Assembly: GCA_951406725.2 (NCBI GenBank)
Contig: OX597827.1
Location: 20,708,001 to 20,772,000 of the forward strand
From: Octopus vulgaris
Lineage: Eukaryota
Direction: 5' to 3'
DNA length: 64,000 nt
In this document: one piece after another, positions 40,700 through 55,300 of the stretch
Position numbering within the stretch: the first letter of the stretch is position 1
Layout: every line of letters begins with the position of its first letter
Program-made: the position numbers and the translations under genes
Notes under the pieces: model-generated
The model's input: the letters and a program-made list of their open reading frames with translations, nothing else
Told to the model about the DNA's origin: nothing
Databases searched by the model: none

Positions 40700-42100
40700 G
40701 ATCGCTTCTGGAAATATGCAAGTTGGAGACAATATTTCTGAAAATGCATAAAATGGAAATGCAGTCAGAAGGACGATACAATATTGGGATCAGCTTTTTA
40801 GACTTGTGGGGTCTAAAAGAGTTATTATTGGAGGCTATTGGGGATTTATTGATTATTTTGAGATATTGCTGACTTATGGCTGAACACAGAATAGATCCAG
40901 TTTGGTTGAACAGAGCCAATTTCCATTATAGAACAGGCTGCAGTTCTCAGTTGAGTCCGTTTTGAAGATTTCTTTGCAAACTTTCTTTGGCTAGGAAGTT
41001 CAGGCATGTTTGTTGATTGTATCAAAAAAGGATAAGAGTATCTTGGTAATCAGAAGCCCTCAGGATTGAGTGCAGAGTGTTTTCTTTGTGGTGAAGCTCC
41101 CTCTACCTATTGACTTTACAAGTTCCTCTAGGAGAGCAAAGTGCTGCATGGTCGTAAGTTTGTTAAAGAGTGGTGGTTATGGCTCAGCTGAAGGGACCAT
41201 CCACATATGTATGTAAGTAGGTTGAATACAACAGGTAAAAGCCACTTAGCCTTAGTAATCAGGGAATTCCTAGCTCTGAGTTTTTTGATTTGCCCTTGAC
41301 GGGGTTCCATCTTTACGGACATTTTTATAATTTCTTGCTACCTATGAAAATTTGGTAGGTTGTTTCTGGAGGACTTTCAGGCTAGGGATCATGAGTAATT
41401 TCCAGAAACTGAAGCAGTGCTACTGGGGAGCAGGTAAAGCATTGCTGATTCAGAACTCTACAGGCATTGCAGTGCGGTCAGCTGCATCTGCACAAGATGT
41501 GTGCAGAGCAACAGAACTATCTAGCATGCACTTGTATGGTGCTCGAGCATTGCTGACTTATGGAACTCTGTCAAACAGCTGCTGTCAAGTGTAGGACAGC
41601 TCTGGCTGTCAGCCAACTCCATTGTGAAGATCACTCTGTCCCCTTCCTTTGGTTGGGAAGGGCAAGCAGTTTCCTGCTGTCTGGTAGGTATCTCGAAAGA
41701 GGTTGTGAGATGAATAGGATTGAAGATAGACACTTTCCTGTTTGAGCAAGGCCTCACCAACTTTTTAAAATTCCATTAAGAAAGGAAGATGAGTATTAAG
41801 AGGGATGTGTTACCCCAACTTCCCCAGTAAATTTGTTGAAATTTGGGTGAATGTGGACTGGAGAGCTCAAGTGAGTGGGCCTACTCTAAGCTGGTACCAG
41901 TGAGGAAAGAGGAGCATTTGCCATGAATGTCCTGGTAAAAAGGGAGGCCAGGATTTTCCAGCCTTACTGGGGATTTTATTTATAGAGAGGTTTTGGAATA
42001 TTGTTATTGTTTTACTATTTACACATTTCTTTGCAAATTCCAACTGTCCTTTGTCTTTGTACTGTTCTAAATGTTTTTGGGGTTCTTGTGGCCAATAAAT
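40700..42100 (+). mobile_element. Older Tx1/L1-like LINE 3' remnant
   Basis: RHCSAVSCICTRCVQSNRTI*HALVWCSSIADLW at about 41463-41565. Downstream similarity to 37440-37550; ends TTGTGGCCAATAAA. Confidence 0.65.
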
Positions 42101-42402
42101 AAATAAATGTGCCCTTTTAAAGCCTAGCCAGGCTCATGGACTAGGTTTCCCGGTTTCAATGTCGTATGTGTTCTCCAGCTAGATGGGACGCCAGTCCATC
42201 GCAGCGTTACTCATTTTTGCCAGCTGAGTGGACTGGAGCAACGTGAAATGAAGTGTTTTGCTTAAGAACACGTGTTGCCTGGTCCAGGAATCGAAACCAC
42301 AATCTTACGATCATGGTGCTGACACCCTAACCACTGGCCAATAAATAAATAAATATGCCCTTTTAAAGCCTAGCCAGGCTCATGGGTCTTGTGGCCAATA
42401 AA
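42100..42402 (-). mobile_element. SINE type D plus a tandem 5'-truncated second copy
   Basis: tRNA-like head at 42334-42270 and CTGCGATGGACTGGCGTCCCATC block. Tail repeated at 42336-42386. TCTTGTGGCCAATAAA lies on both sides. Confidence 0.85.
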
Positions 42403-42949
42403 AAAAAATAATATTATTATTATTATTGTTGTTGTTGTTACAAAAGAGTTGTGCATATGTGATGGTGGTCAGTGTTGGAGTGGTGCGAAGAATGCACTCA
42501 GCTATAAAATGCTGTTAAATCATTAAATAACGTTAGATTATAACTTGAACTGACGGGATGTATTGATGATTGATGTATTAATGATTGATGAGGGTTTAGT
42601 CATGAAGTGGATGGCTAGGAAGAATGGCAGTGGTGTGGAGAGAGGTGGGGGATTGAAGAGAAGGAGTTTGGTAAGGCTTTCTTTGCAAGGCTGAGCACAT
42701 GTCCAGTTGCAGAGATATAGGCTTAGGTGTCTTGTCAGTCTTAACACATTCACATTTGTGCATGTGTGTGTGTGCACACGCGTGTGGTCCTGTCAATGTT
42801 TTCACATACACACATGTACACATACATAGATAAATGGTATATGGGTGTTTGTGTGTGTGTGTGTGTGTGTGTGTGCATGTGTTCGTGTGTGTGTGTATGA
42901 ACACGCACAGACACACAAACACACACACATACACACACACACATATATA

Positions 42950-43115
42950 AGTGCAAGAATGGCTGATGGTTAAGAAATCTGCTTTGTAACTAGATTGTTC
43001 CGGGTTCATTTCATGGTGTTCCACCTTGAGCAAGTGCCTTCATCCCTAGCCTTGAGTTGACCAATACCTCACCAGTGGAATTTGGTAGATGGAAGTTGTG
43101 CAGAGCACCACCATC
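42950..43115 (+). mobile_element. SINE type A/E head fragment
   Basis: TGGCTGATGGTTAAG, GGGTTCA, CACCTTGAGCAAGTG, TTTGGTAGATGGAA. Confidence 0.65.
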
Positions 43116-43508
43116 ATATATATGTATATATGTACATGCATATAAACATGCATATGTCTGTATATTCATATTTATGTACATACATATATATTTTTGTTCT
43201 CTCTCTCTCTTCTACATACACACACATATATACAATTTTTCCTTTATGGTTATATGTATACATATATATATATATATATATGTGTGTGTGTATCAACCGG
43301 TGTTGTTCAAACGATGAATAGCTTTGCATAAACCATGGTCCGTTTTGTTCTCTTACTTTATTATCATCTTATAATCATCTCATAATAACTACTTTTATGA
43401 CTCGTATTACTACCTCAGTCAATCTAAATGTATATATTTGTCGTTACCTGTCATAAATAGCCTTTTTTTATTTGCAATGTGCATTTTCGTTGATTTTTCA
43501 TATTTTAC

Positions 43509-43550
<42 letters not shown>

Positions 43551-44475
43551 GAGAGAGAGAGAGAGAGTTATTGTGTTTGTAAGTGGGTTTATGAACACAG
43601 GGATACTGAGGACATTGGACTAAGACTGAATCAGTTTGATCTGGTGACTATTTCTGACAACTGGTTCTCCACGAGGAACATTTATTCCATCAGCCAGACC
43701 TGTTTAACAAAAGTTCAAAGAAGAAAGTCACAAACCTCTTAGAAAAAGAATGCTGTGAGTTGGAATTCTTAGTTTCAGAAAAGGGTATGTCCTTTCAGAG
43801 TGTAAAAGACAGCTGAAAGGATTGACGATAGACACACACACACACACACACACATTCATAAATACATATAATCCATTCCATATGCATATAATATACACAA
43901 AGATGTATATGTATACACATACAGGTATATGTGTTGGTGAGTACACTTATATATGTGTGTGTGTGTGTGCATACTGTGAAAAATAGTCGATATTAGAATT
44001 GGGATACAGCTGTAGAAATGGCTGGATAAGGGTTCGTCTCCTGACCAATGTGGGAGGCTGACAGCACAGAATTCGAGCTGATTTGGTCTGTGATGAGCTG
44101 TTCAACCCATGTTCACAAGGAAAACAGAGACAAAATGATGACAATGACGGTATGTGTGTAGACACACACACACACACATTCAACAGATAATAGATATTCA
44201 CAAAATTTTATTGCCACAAATGAAAGAGCACTTGATGTTGTACAAGTTAACATTTATAATTAAACGGTTAATGATCTTTCAGATAGGTTTTGTGCCTCTG
44301 ACCAATCACAGACATACCACACATGTGAAACTTTAAATAATGTAGTGGTGAATCACTAACAGTTTAATGTGTGTGTGTGTGTGTGTTATATATATATAAA
44401 TACACACACATACACATATGTATGTGCATGTATATATATATATATACACACACACACATACACATATGTATGTGC

Positions 44476-44522
<47 letters not shown>

Positions 44523-45192
44523 AGCACACATGTTTATTTATATGTGTGTGTATATGATTGTGTAAAGATAAAATATACACAAAATAAGTAGCAAGAAACT
44601 AAAGTTGAGAACAAAAAGAAAAAAAAGATGTTTGGAGGTTGTGGAGTGAAGAAGATCGATGAATTCAATCTCCATCACCCACTGACCTACATCGGCACCA
44701 CCGCCAACACCACCAGCACAACACAACCGGTGCCAAAATCAACCAAAAATAACAATACGCCTCTAACCTCACCCTGAACTTTGCTTTGCACACACACACA
44801 CGCACACACACACCACTGCCTTTCAAACACAGACAGTTTTTCATACAAATAGCGGAATATATAGAAATGTTGCTGGACATGCAGGCAGCCGGACATGAAG
44901 AAAGGTAGAGATGTAAATAGACAGATGGACAACGTATAGAAAGACAGACAGACCAATGTAGAAACAATAGTTGAATCAGGGTTGGCATATTTAATGCATG
45001 GAGTATTGTGAACTAGAAATATTTGTTTCCAGAGAAATGGTTAAGTTAATAATGTGTTTAATGTGTGGAGTATTACACAAATAACTAGACATAATTATGT
45101 GGTAAGACAAATCATACAGACACAGAGTTAAGATAAGGCCAACATATTTAACATATAAGCATGATAAGCTAACACACACATAATTACAAGGT

Positions 45193-45239
<47 letters not shown>

Positions 45240-45242
<3 letters not shown>

Positions 45243-45440
45243 TAGACAGACAGAAAAGTAGATAGATGGGTAGTTAAATACAGAAATAGATAGATAGATA
45301 GATAGATAGATAGGTATAGATAGATAGATAGATAGGTAGGTAGGTAGGTAGGTAGGTAGATAGATAGACAGATAGGTAGGTAGATAGATAGATAGGTAGG
45401 TAGGTAGTTAGATAGATAGTTAGCAAAACTGATAGATGAG
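45240..45440. repeat. (GATA)n/(GGTA)n tetranucleotide microsatellite
   Basis: Direct inspection. Confidence 0.95.
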
Positions 45441-45814
45441 TTACTATAGTTAATGAAGAAGCATTATAAAGTTATGTAGAACTAATATGGTGAGGAGAGA
45501 AGACTGTCCATCGATGACTAAAGTTACTTTCATTTCAATGGCAAAAATGGGAGACAACTCCAAATCTGGTTAAGCGTGAGTATGTGAGCTGAGCCAGCCT
45601 CAGCGGTACTTGGTGGTACATGGTGAACCAGAGACGAGAGAAGAATAAAATAAATGTAGAGACATGTATAAATATATTTGTTGGCATAAGAAAATGGAAT
45701 TAATTAGGAATTATATAATTCAGAAAATATATTCACATTAAGCAACTCTAATTAAGATATGGTTAAGATATTTAAAGTAGAGAGGATTATTAATTAGAAG
45801 TAATTATAGTCAGA

Positions 45815-46250
45815 AGCAGGTGTGAGTGTGGTGGTATGAATCAATTAGTTTGAAGTTCAGTCCTATAGCATGGCAACTTGAGCAAGTGTCTGCTACCATA
45901 GCCTTGTGACTGGATTTGGTAGATGGAAACTAGAAGCCCATCATATATGTATGTGTGTGTGTGTCTGTCCTTGTCTTGACATAATTGTAAATGAATGTTA
46001 CCATCATAGAAGTTGTGTGATTCATTCATAATCTTCTCTGAAAACATGTCCGGCCATTGTGCTGTTCTGTTTGATGGAGACTGGGGTGGTGGTGGTGGTG
46101 GTGGAGGGGTGTGGAGAGGATATTTACCTGGCTTGGAAATAGGTGATGGCTGGCGACAGGTTGAGCAGCTAACCTCCACAAATCTGCCTCAACAAACTCA
46201 CTCTGACCCATGCAAACATGGAAAAGTGGACATTAAATGATGATGGTGAT
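45815..46250 (+). mobile_element. SINE type E (type A head + RTE-like tail)
   Basis: CTTGAGCAAGTGTCT...GGATTTGGTAGATGGAAACT head. Ends ACCCATGCAAACATGGAAAAGTGGACATTAAATGATGATG. Confidence 0.7.
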
Positions 46251-46404
46251 GACATTTGTGTGGGGGTGGGGACAGCACCAGAATCACCATCTTATCCAGA
46301 AGATGAGGCTGAGTAGTTCTTGAAACATTAATGGAATAAGGAATGTCTATCACTCAAAACTAAATAGAACAATAAAGAAATAAGAGAAAAACATAAAAGA
46401 ACTT

Positions 46405-46960
46405 ATCATCATCATCATCATTTAACATCTGTTTTCCACGCTGGTATGGGTTGGAAGGTTTGAGTGAAGGTGGTAAGGCCAAGGGCCTCACCAGGCTCCG
46501 TTGTCTGCTATGGTATGGTTTCTACAGATGGATGCTCTTCCTAAAGCCAACCATTCCACAGAGTATACTGGTTGCTTTTTATGTGGCACCATCACCAGTA
46601 TCAATCCTGCTGTGGTAGACAGGTCTTCTAGAGTACAACAAAGCACCAGATATCTCAGTCCTTTATTATCTCCTTTGTAAGGCTCAGTGTCTTAAGATTG
46701 GCTTTCAACACTTTGTTCCATGTCTTTCTGGATCTCCTACTTCCAGAAGTTTCCTCTGCTTTAAGTGATCAGCACTTTTGTATCCAACTGTCCACATCCA
46801 TCCGCATTACATGACCAAACCAGCACAGTCATCTTCTCTCTTGCACACTGCATCTAATTCCTTTTGTGCCCAACATTTCTTTCAAAACACTAGTGCTCCA
46901 TTGCAGCGGAGCATACTATCTTTATTCGTCTCTAGCCTCTGAATGTCTTCTGAAGACAGT
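46405..46960 (-). mobile_element. Decayed RTE LINE 3' fragment
   Basis: (CAT)n tail, 3' UTR and minus-strand WFGHVMRM and GSRRSRKTW remnants. Confidence 0.8.
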
Positions 46961-48084
46961 GAGGGGAAACGCTGGATAGAGGGGGTAGCAGGGGGGAAGA
47001 CATATGTTCCAACATGGCCAGGAAGACTCAAAAGTGGTTCTCAGATAACTTTTATGACTGAATGCAATCTTCTCAACAATTTTTTGTTAGGTGCAGGTGA
47101 AAGAGTCACCAACAAGATTGCCTACAACACCAAGGACAAACCGAAAGAATGCATTTGCCAGGCATTCCATGAAATGCACTGGTTCCTAATTTTCTGGTTG
47201 CCTTGAAAAGGTTATTGAAGCTGGTGGGGTTATATTAAATAAGTATTATACAGGGTCTGTAACTTCATGTATCTTGAATTTTCAATAAGTCTCAAAAGAT
47301 AAAAAATTTATACTCTTTTTTCCAAGCTCTGTTACTTATGCTAATTCTATGTTCACACCCTATGTGTATGTGTGTGTGTGCGCGCGTGCGCGTGCATGTA
47401 TGTGTGTGTGTGCATGTGTGTGTGCGTGCATGTCTGTGTGTGTGTACACATGTGTGTTTACTTTTGTGTTTCTTTGAAAAAGCATGCAACCAAGACCTGA
47501 TATTTATCCCCTAAGCAGATCAAACACAAGTTTTGCACCTGTGAAGGTGTGTGCAATAAGATATCCCATACTTGAAAAACAGGTATAAGTTAATGACTAG
47601 AAGGGCTTCTGGTTGCAAAACAAAGTCTCAATAGCATATTTCTCTAACCAAATGGACATAAAAATGAATGAAATATATATATATATATATATGTGTGTAC
47701 ATATGTATATTTGTTTGGGTATATATATGTATATGTGTGTTTGGGTATATATGGATGAAGTACAGGTGTATCTATTACATGGCAGATCATAAACAGCAAA
47801 AAGGTAAATGTGTAATCAAAATGTATACAAACATCAACACACATTGAAAATCATATTTGACATAAATAAGCAGACAAGAAGGGCAGGAAATTATGGATTA
47901 ATTGGAAGAAGAAATGGGGGAAAAAAAAACAAAAAAAAATTGATCACTAGATTTTGAACCCCCGTCAAGGATTAAGAAAGAGAGCACAAGTGAAAAGATG
48001 CTGAGCTAGAGAAGATCCATAGAAGCATAGAGAAATGGATGTGGTGGTGGTGGTGGTGGTGATGATGATGATGATGATGATGAT

Positions 48085-48115
<31 letters not shown>

Positions 48116-48429
48116 CAATTTATCAGTTTCAGCCAGAGAGTTTATTGTATGTTGAAGCAGGTAAGTTAAATCAGGACATACAATATATTAATAGAAATCA
48201 TAATTAACCAAAACAATTATAAAGAACCTAGCCATGGCAAATAATAATGATGATGATGATGGTGATGATGATGATGAGCTTATTGTATAGAGTGCTCCTC
48301 AGGAGAATATTGATGACATCTTCCCCAAACAAAAATTATTCAGTCAAATCTCACATTATCAAAATATTCTGGAAAACAACACAATCAGAATGTACCGTAA
48401 CGAGACTCACAGAACAAAAGAATTAGAGG

Positions 48430-49190
48430 AAGGGCAGATTATCTGTGGGATACACACCTTCTTCCTGTTGCATTGATGTAACATTCTATACACCGAGAGA
48501 GTTCTTCACTTTGGAAACACCTCCCATTCCAACAAATGCAATTATTGCAAGTCCTTCCACAAAAATAACATCAAAGCAAGCTATGGCTACATGGCCATTG
48601 TAGATAATCAAATTGAGATAACTAACAGCATAAATTGCACATCTAGGAATAAGTCCAAACCATCTTTGAATGCCACTACAGCAGCATAATATTTTGTCCA
48701 CTAAAAGGCAAATGTTTCCCAAAGGCCATGTATTCTCTTAAAATATTACCAGGAGATGCTATTGAAAAATAGATTATATTGGAATAACAACATATTCAAG
48801 AGCAGAATACACACATAACAACCATTTATAAAACACTTATATAGCATCATATTGAATTTTGTTGTATTTTGTAATAGTATTATTATCTCTGATTAAATAT
48901 CAAAGTCTTTCATCATTATCTATGACCTGGTCACAGAGACTAGAGAGAAAGGTCAGAGAGTAGAATTTATTCAAAAGTAGATACAGAGATCATATTTATT
49001 CCTGCCATATTGGAAGCAAAAGAAATGGTATGTTGCTAACATAATAATAGCTGGATCTTGAAGGTAAATGGTATTGATAACCTATCAAGATTGTAATTAC
49101 TGCTTCTTTTTACACCAATGGCTCAAGAAGATGTTTTCTTTGTCTAGCAGAAAAGTACAATATTCTTATACAAGAAACTATATAAGACGG
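48430..49190 (+). pseudogene. Second, older Penelope-like GIY-YIG remnant
   Basis: FHKNNIKASY, CPLKGKC, YIGIT and YTNGSRRCFLCLAEK, collinear with 29040-29700. Confidence 0.65.
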
Positions 49191-49629
49191 CAGACATAAG
49201 ACTAAATAGTTATCAATGAATGTCATTCAGTTATAAAAGAGTTGGTTCCCAAAGCAGTTGCAACAACAGTCTTGTGTTACACAACTGAAACTGGCCACCA
49301 AACCAATGATGGGTTCAGAAGAAATCAAATTTCATACAAACAATCAGATGAGGGGAAACTTGCATGTTGTGACACAGAAACAGTTTCAAACAAATGTATG
49401 AAGTAGTCTATGTGGTATTTTGTTGTCATGTGTTTGTGTGTGTGATAACATTCAGAGTCTGTCAAAAATGAAGCCAGACTTTTAAACAGTGTACCAACCG
49501 ACCGGCACAGCATACGTATGACTGTATACTTGGGTGACCTTGACCTTTAATCCAACAACAGTTGCATCATCCTATATCTGTTGCTCTTTGATTTAATTGT
49601 ACTCCAGTAAACGGGGGATTTGTTGCAAG

Positions 49630-50030
49630 CTGAGCACTGAAGGGCAACATTGTGTTTGTGTGAAATTTCCTTTCAAATTGGCAGGAACACTTTTATGGAG
49701 ACTTTGCTAAAGTTGCAAAAGCTCCAGGGGACAGTGCAGTCCTAGGGGACAATGTTGGCAACATCACAAATAGTATCAGTGTTTCAAATTAGGAAGAACA
49801 TCCACTGAAAATGATTCCAAATCTAAGCAACTTTTTATGACAACAAATACCATTTACACTGCAACAAGTGCTGCCTAACTGTCCAAGAAGGTTTTAAAGA
49901 AGTCATCATCATCATCATCATCATGACAGGAAAAGGTAAGGTAGGAGGTCTATAAAAGGTAGACAAAAATTGAAAATGTGTTTTCTCAAAATCTGTCTCA
50001 ATTTGTCAATAGATGAAGAACAAATTTTAG
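49630..50030 (+). pseudogene. mariner transposase N-terminal remnant
   Basis: QHCVCVKFPFKL, METLLKLQK and YQCFKLGRTSTENDSKS resemble mariner EQRVCIKF..ET..ML..FKSGR.S.EDD.RSGRP. Confidence 0.6.
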
Positions 50031-51686
50031 CTGATTGAATTAATAAAAGATAGAATTTACATCCAGAAATGTAAATGAATTAAATTGAAGATTTATTTTG
50101 AAATAATAATCTTTTTTCTTCATCATTATCTCAACAATCATAGAATAAAGATGGACTGATATCACCAACCGATGAACTGACTGACATTAAAACTGACGCA
50201 GCGGATAATGGTAAATCCAGTTTTTGAATTAAATTGACTCTTCATCTTTGTACTAAGCACTCAGTAAACAATGTCAAAGCTTGTTAATAGATCACCAAAG
50301 TACAAACAGAGATACTTCATTATTGATATAGTTAGCATAAAGAAGCCTCTGCATGGCTTCTGAACTAGCTAGAAATAACAAGCAAATCTTCTTCACATCT
50401 TTAAAATAAAATGTTACAACAGGAGTATCTTTGATCATATGCCTATTCAGCAAGGCCTGACCTAGGGTTAAACAGCATGACACTACTAGGATTACTCCCC
50501 ACTAACACTTTCATCTGCACCACCACCACAATCAGCATCAGCAACTCAAAGAATTACTCAAAGAATTCCTAAGTTCTGTGTTATTGTTCAACTTGCCTAT
50601 AAATTTTAGGTTATGCTTAGGGTTAATCCATCACTTGGCCTAACACTTCCTCCTCCTGGCCCCTTTAAACAATAAAGGGCTCACACTGTTGCAATCATTC
50701 AAACTAAATTTACGGGTTGACTGTAACTTCTTTCTTTCCAAAAGTAGTGGAGGCCCTAAAAAGGATTTTAAAAAATCTGTTGCCCTTCCACTTCTGACTA
50801 AGTTATGACAAAACTCTCCTTCAACAAATCCCCTGACAATTTATCAACCTGTTAAATCGTTAAGATCTTAGACTGACATACCCCCACCCCACTCCCACCC
50901 CACCCGGCCCACTACTTCAATGGTTGGTTCAATCAACCATCTCTCTGCCTTACAACTAGAGGAAAGCTTCTGATTGGTCACTGAAAATAGTAGTTAATTG
51001 CCCTTAAATCACACGATCCAGTCTTAAAACCATGCAGAAAACATTGAATAATATACTATGTTTGAAGATAAGCTGGAATGGTCATGGCTAGAAAGCTGTT
51101 GATTATAAGATCAGCTGAATCAGCTCATCCAAGGGTTACACAATAACATTACTATTGATCCAGAATGGCTCTACATCTGGTCTATGAGGACTGGCCTCAG
51201 GCAAAACAACATGGAGCAACAACAATAACATCAACAACCACGACCAAAAGTAAGAAGATTTTGCATGCAATAAGTTCAACAACTTACTTACATCTTGACA
51301 CTCTAAAGCCCCCTTCTCAACACTACCACATACCACACTAAATCAATATAGTTGGCTAATGGGGGGAAATTTAGTCAGATTACCAAAATCATTAATATCA
51401 AAAACAAAAGTGCAGTTTTTAGAAATGAGTGAATGGATGGATGGACAGCCAATGGTTGAAGGAACGTTATAATGGATTAACAGCCAAATGGATGGACAGC
51501 CAATGGTTGAAGGAATGTTATAATTCCAAAAAAAAAACAGCAAAAAAACTTATGCAGAAATACAAAAAAATCTTCAATTAAAAAAGATAAAGCTGGAAAG
51601 TAGCTATATATAAATGGAATGTTGATGTGCGTGTGTGCACATACACATATCCATGAGTGCATGCATGTGTGTGTATATATTATAAT

Positions 51687-52500
51687 CATCACCATTTAAT
51701 GCTCATGTTTCATGCTGGTATGGATAAGACACGCACAATCAACAGGATCCACAAGACTGCCTTATGCTCCAGTGTCTGTTTTGGCATGGATGCCCTTCCT
51801 AATGTCAACCACTTTACAGAGTGTCTGCTAGGTGCTTTTCATGTGGTACCACCACTAACGAAGTCACCATGCAGCCTCCCAAGACTAAAACCTTCTCCGA
51901 TTGAGTGAAGCTACAAATGGCTACAAAGGAGTGGTGGTGGCCAGAACAGAATGGGTTTCTTGCTGTAGAGGAGCTACACAGCTACTCGCAGTAAGTAGAG
52001 AGCAGATGGAGGTGCCCAGGGTGGAGCCGCACGGTACAAAAAGATCAACAGGAGTGGGGACAGAAGTAGGAGTGGGTAGAGGTTGCAAGGGTGTATGAGG
52101 AGAGTGAGAGAGAGGGGTGGTTGGAGGTGGGGAAGAGGAAGGGGGAAAATATAATGACTGAAGAACAAGGGCTGAGGAGTGGAAGGTGGGGGGAAGAGTA
52201 GGTGATGACTGTAGTGTGAAGGGGGTGATCAATGGTACATGTGAGTTAGGGGAAGGTAGGGGAGAGTAGGTAATGACTGACAGTTCAGAAAGGGGTGAAG
52301 AGCAGCAGAATAGTAACAATAGGTCAGTAGACACAGGAAGAAGGGAAGATGTGTGGGTGGGTAGATTTTAAGAGTGTGAGGGGAGAGGCAGGTTTTAGGT
52401 ATGGGGAGAGTAAGTATGGTGGTGGGGAAGGAGAAATAATTTGGTAACAGAGAAGGGTGCTCAATGTAAAATGTGAGTAGAGACAGACATTGAAGGATGT
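51687..52500 (-). mobile_element. Old RTE-type 3' UTR
   Basis: RTE tail (CATTTAATG, CATGCTGG, GGATGCCCTTCCTAA) then a long purine-rich tract, mirroring the pyrimidine tract after 31950. Confidence 0.55.
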
Positions 52501-52949
52501 CACATGAAGCGATCCCAGTTGTTAAGGAGGAAGATAAGAGGGATCACAGTAAAAGATAATAATGAATTATGTAGTTCCATTCTCATTTAATTAGTGCAAC
52601 AGTCTGTTATAATTAGGCAGGTGATGGACCTAATTAAGTCTTGTCAGTGATAAACACACTGACATTCTGAGAGAACCCTGTAATTTTTAACACTTAAGTC
52701 TCTTTGAGAAGTTTCTCTGAGACTAAATATTACAGCTTCAGCCATTCCATGTTTGTACAGTCATCATATTACACCTTTTGATATCTTAATCAAGTTCTTT
52801 AACCCTTGTTGTTTCTTGATTATTAAAAGCAAATGAAATTTTCTAATGTCTTTGACTGTTCCATACCTCAACTCCACACGAATCCCTTAGCACCTACTTG
52901 ATGTATAGAACTTCAAGGAATTTTCACCAAACACACAAAACTTGTGCCG

Positions 52950-53340
52950 TTTCCATCCCAACATTTTCCTCTTGCTCTCATCTGATAGTTCTTACCCATA
53001 CTTCTCACAATCTCCTCCTTCAGTCATCCACCTTCTAATTAAGATCACCCTAAATGAGGTATCCATTTCATCTACAGATGTGTCCACATTCATATCAACT
53101 GACGTTGCATCACCCTCACCAACCCTCTCTCTCTCACTGGTCATATGACTTATCCATCGAATTCCTAATATTCTACTTAACACTCTGGGTTCAAAAGCCA
53201 GGAATTTAGCATCTGATAGAATGATCCAGCATTTCAAGATCAATATCTATAAATTAATATTGATCTGATGCTGGCACTATAAATATTTACCTTGATCTGT
53301 GTCAAGAGACCGTTGGACTTGCATGTCATTTTTAACATGG
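52950..53340 (-). pseudogene. BovB-like RTE remnant (different family)
   Basis: CWIILSDAKFLAFEPRVLSRILGIRWISHMTS resembles the RTE C-terminal ETW...LRRILGI.W motif. Confidence 0.5.
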
Positions 53341-55164
53341 CCGTTGCTTGTTCTGTGTTTTTAATTCTTCCCCCCCTCCATCTACAAATCAACGATCAAA
53401 GTCCCTTTTGAATTGCTTTTGTATCCATTCCATTTCAGTCAAACGTCACTGACACAGTTTCACTCATGAGGTTGTGGTAGACAGCAGACACTTTCCCAAC
53501 ATACTGCACACAGAGGATTGAACCTGTAACCTCGTGACTGAGAAGGAAACTTCTTAACCACTCAGCTATTTGGCCAAACAGTCTTAACTAACACAAAACC
53601 ATTAAAATGATAAAAAGGCTACAATATAACCCCAAAACGGCCAGAAAAGAGCCAAATTTTCAACAAAGATTTGTGAGATGTCATTGAATTTTTATCAGAT
53701 TTAAATAACATATCATTCACTTATTTTGTGTGTCCTGTTAGCGTTAACAAATTATATAATTATATGTACAGTGTGTGTGTGTGTGAACTTACATAAATAT
53801 CTTTTTGTATTTGAAATGATTTAAACAGAAATATTTAGTCCTTCTACAGTCACCAGTATCATTTAATGTGTGTGTGTGTGTGTATACATAGCTATGTATG
53901 TGTATAGAATGTGTGTGTGTGTGTACATAGCTATTGCATGTGTACACAATAAATACACTTAACTCACTAAACAATGCCATCTATAATCCCTCTCGTATCA
54001 AGCATGTCAAAATAGCTTAGCTACTCAATAAAGAAACAAAAAAGAAACATTGCATTTCAACTGTTAATCATAATGAAAACCGATTTTGCTAAATCCACAC
54101 TAATCTTGTACAAACCTGGTCAACTGTTTCTTTTAAGACTACACAAAATGGTGTATGTGTGTGTGTATGTGTGTGTGTCTGTGTGTGTAAAGCTATTTAA
54201 TACACACACACACACACACACACACATACACCCCACATTGCACCAATATTATTAATCTCCCCCATAGTTCTGATCTGACAGCGGCCCTTCCATCATCTTT
54301 CAGCAAAGCCCTTCTCTCTAATCTTCATAAGTAGCCAAAGCCTAAATCAGACCAGAAATTCAAGTCCTGCATCTCTATGGATCAACAACTGGCTCACATA
54401 AATAATACATCATCTGGCTTTACCATATTCCACAAACTAGGAATAATCAACTCTTTGACATGGCTGCAAGTTCTATAGTTTGTTAAGGAATAAGAAATTT
54501 CCCTACAGAGAAATGGCTCATGTTATTAATTCTGACCATACACAAAAGTGTTGAAAATATATAAATAAAATTGTTAGCAGTGGCTTGTGTCTTTGAGAAA
54601 CAATATACTCATAAATGTCTCCCAAAGATCTGGGAATTCAAACCATTTTCTCATTATTTGAGATCTTGAGCCAAACACTGGACACTTAGAAAGCTTCCAT
54701 ATGCCAACAATCTATTTCTCCTTGGAGAATCTATTTAAGAGTTGTAGAAGAATTTTGAAGCATAACAGAATGAGTGGGTTTGGTTCCCCAAAGGGGTGAT
54801 GGCTGTTAAAATAAAGGACCGGGGTCAATGAAGTCAACTTGTCTCCTCCTCTCAGAATTGCTGGTCTCGGGTCACCATGCCCTGGGGACACGTTATGATC
54901 TCAGTCACTTATGCACTGTGGAAATTGGTTAACTGGCCTAAACAGGCCTAGGGCTCGAGAAAAGGTAACAGTAAATGTTTATATATAAGACTCTTCCAGA
55001 TATGTGTATTTAATAGATATGTATACGAAATATATACAAAAGCAATATATATGAATTTGGGGTGTAAAACACTCCACCTGAAGGATTTTCCCCCTCAGTC
55101 AAATTGATGCTGTTGTCAACTGGGTTATTCTTTTCTTCTTTTACTGGTTTCAGTGTGAAGGCAC

Positions 55165-55300
55165 AGAGGTTCAATTCCCAGACTTAGTAGTGCATCGTGT
55201 CCTTGAGCAAGGCACTTCATTTCACATTGTTGCAGTATATTCAGCTGGAAATTAGTACCAGTGCTATCAGGGGCTTAATTCTGCAACAAACCAACATCCC
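55165..55300 (+). mobile_element. SINE type D fragment
   Basis: GGTTCAATTCCC, GTGTCCTTGAGCAAGGCACTTCATTTCAC, TCAGCTG. Confidence 0.65.

Noticed and set aside
44640-44780. C-rich Thr/Pro-coding-looking segment
   Set aside because: No clear splice sites or domain; consistent with decayed (ACC)n.
51437-51524. 37-bp direct repeat
   Set aside because: Simple local tandem duplication with two copies and no other structure.
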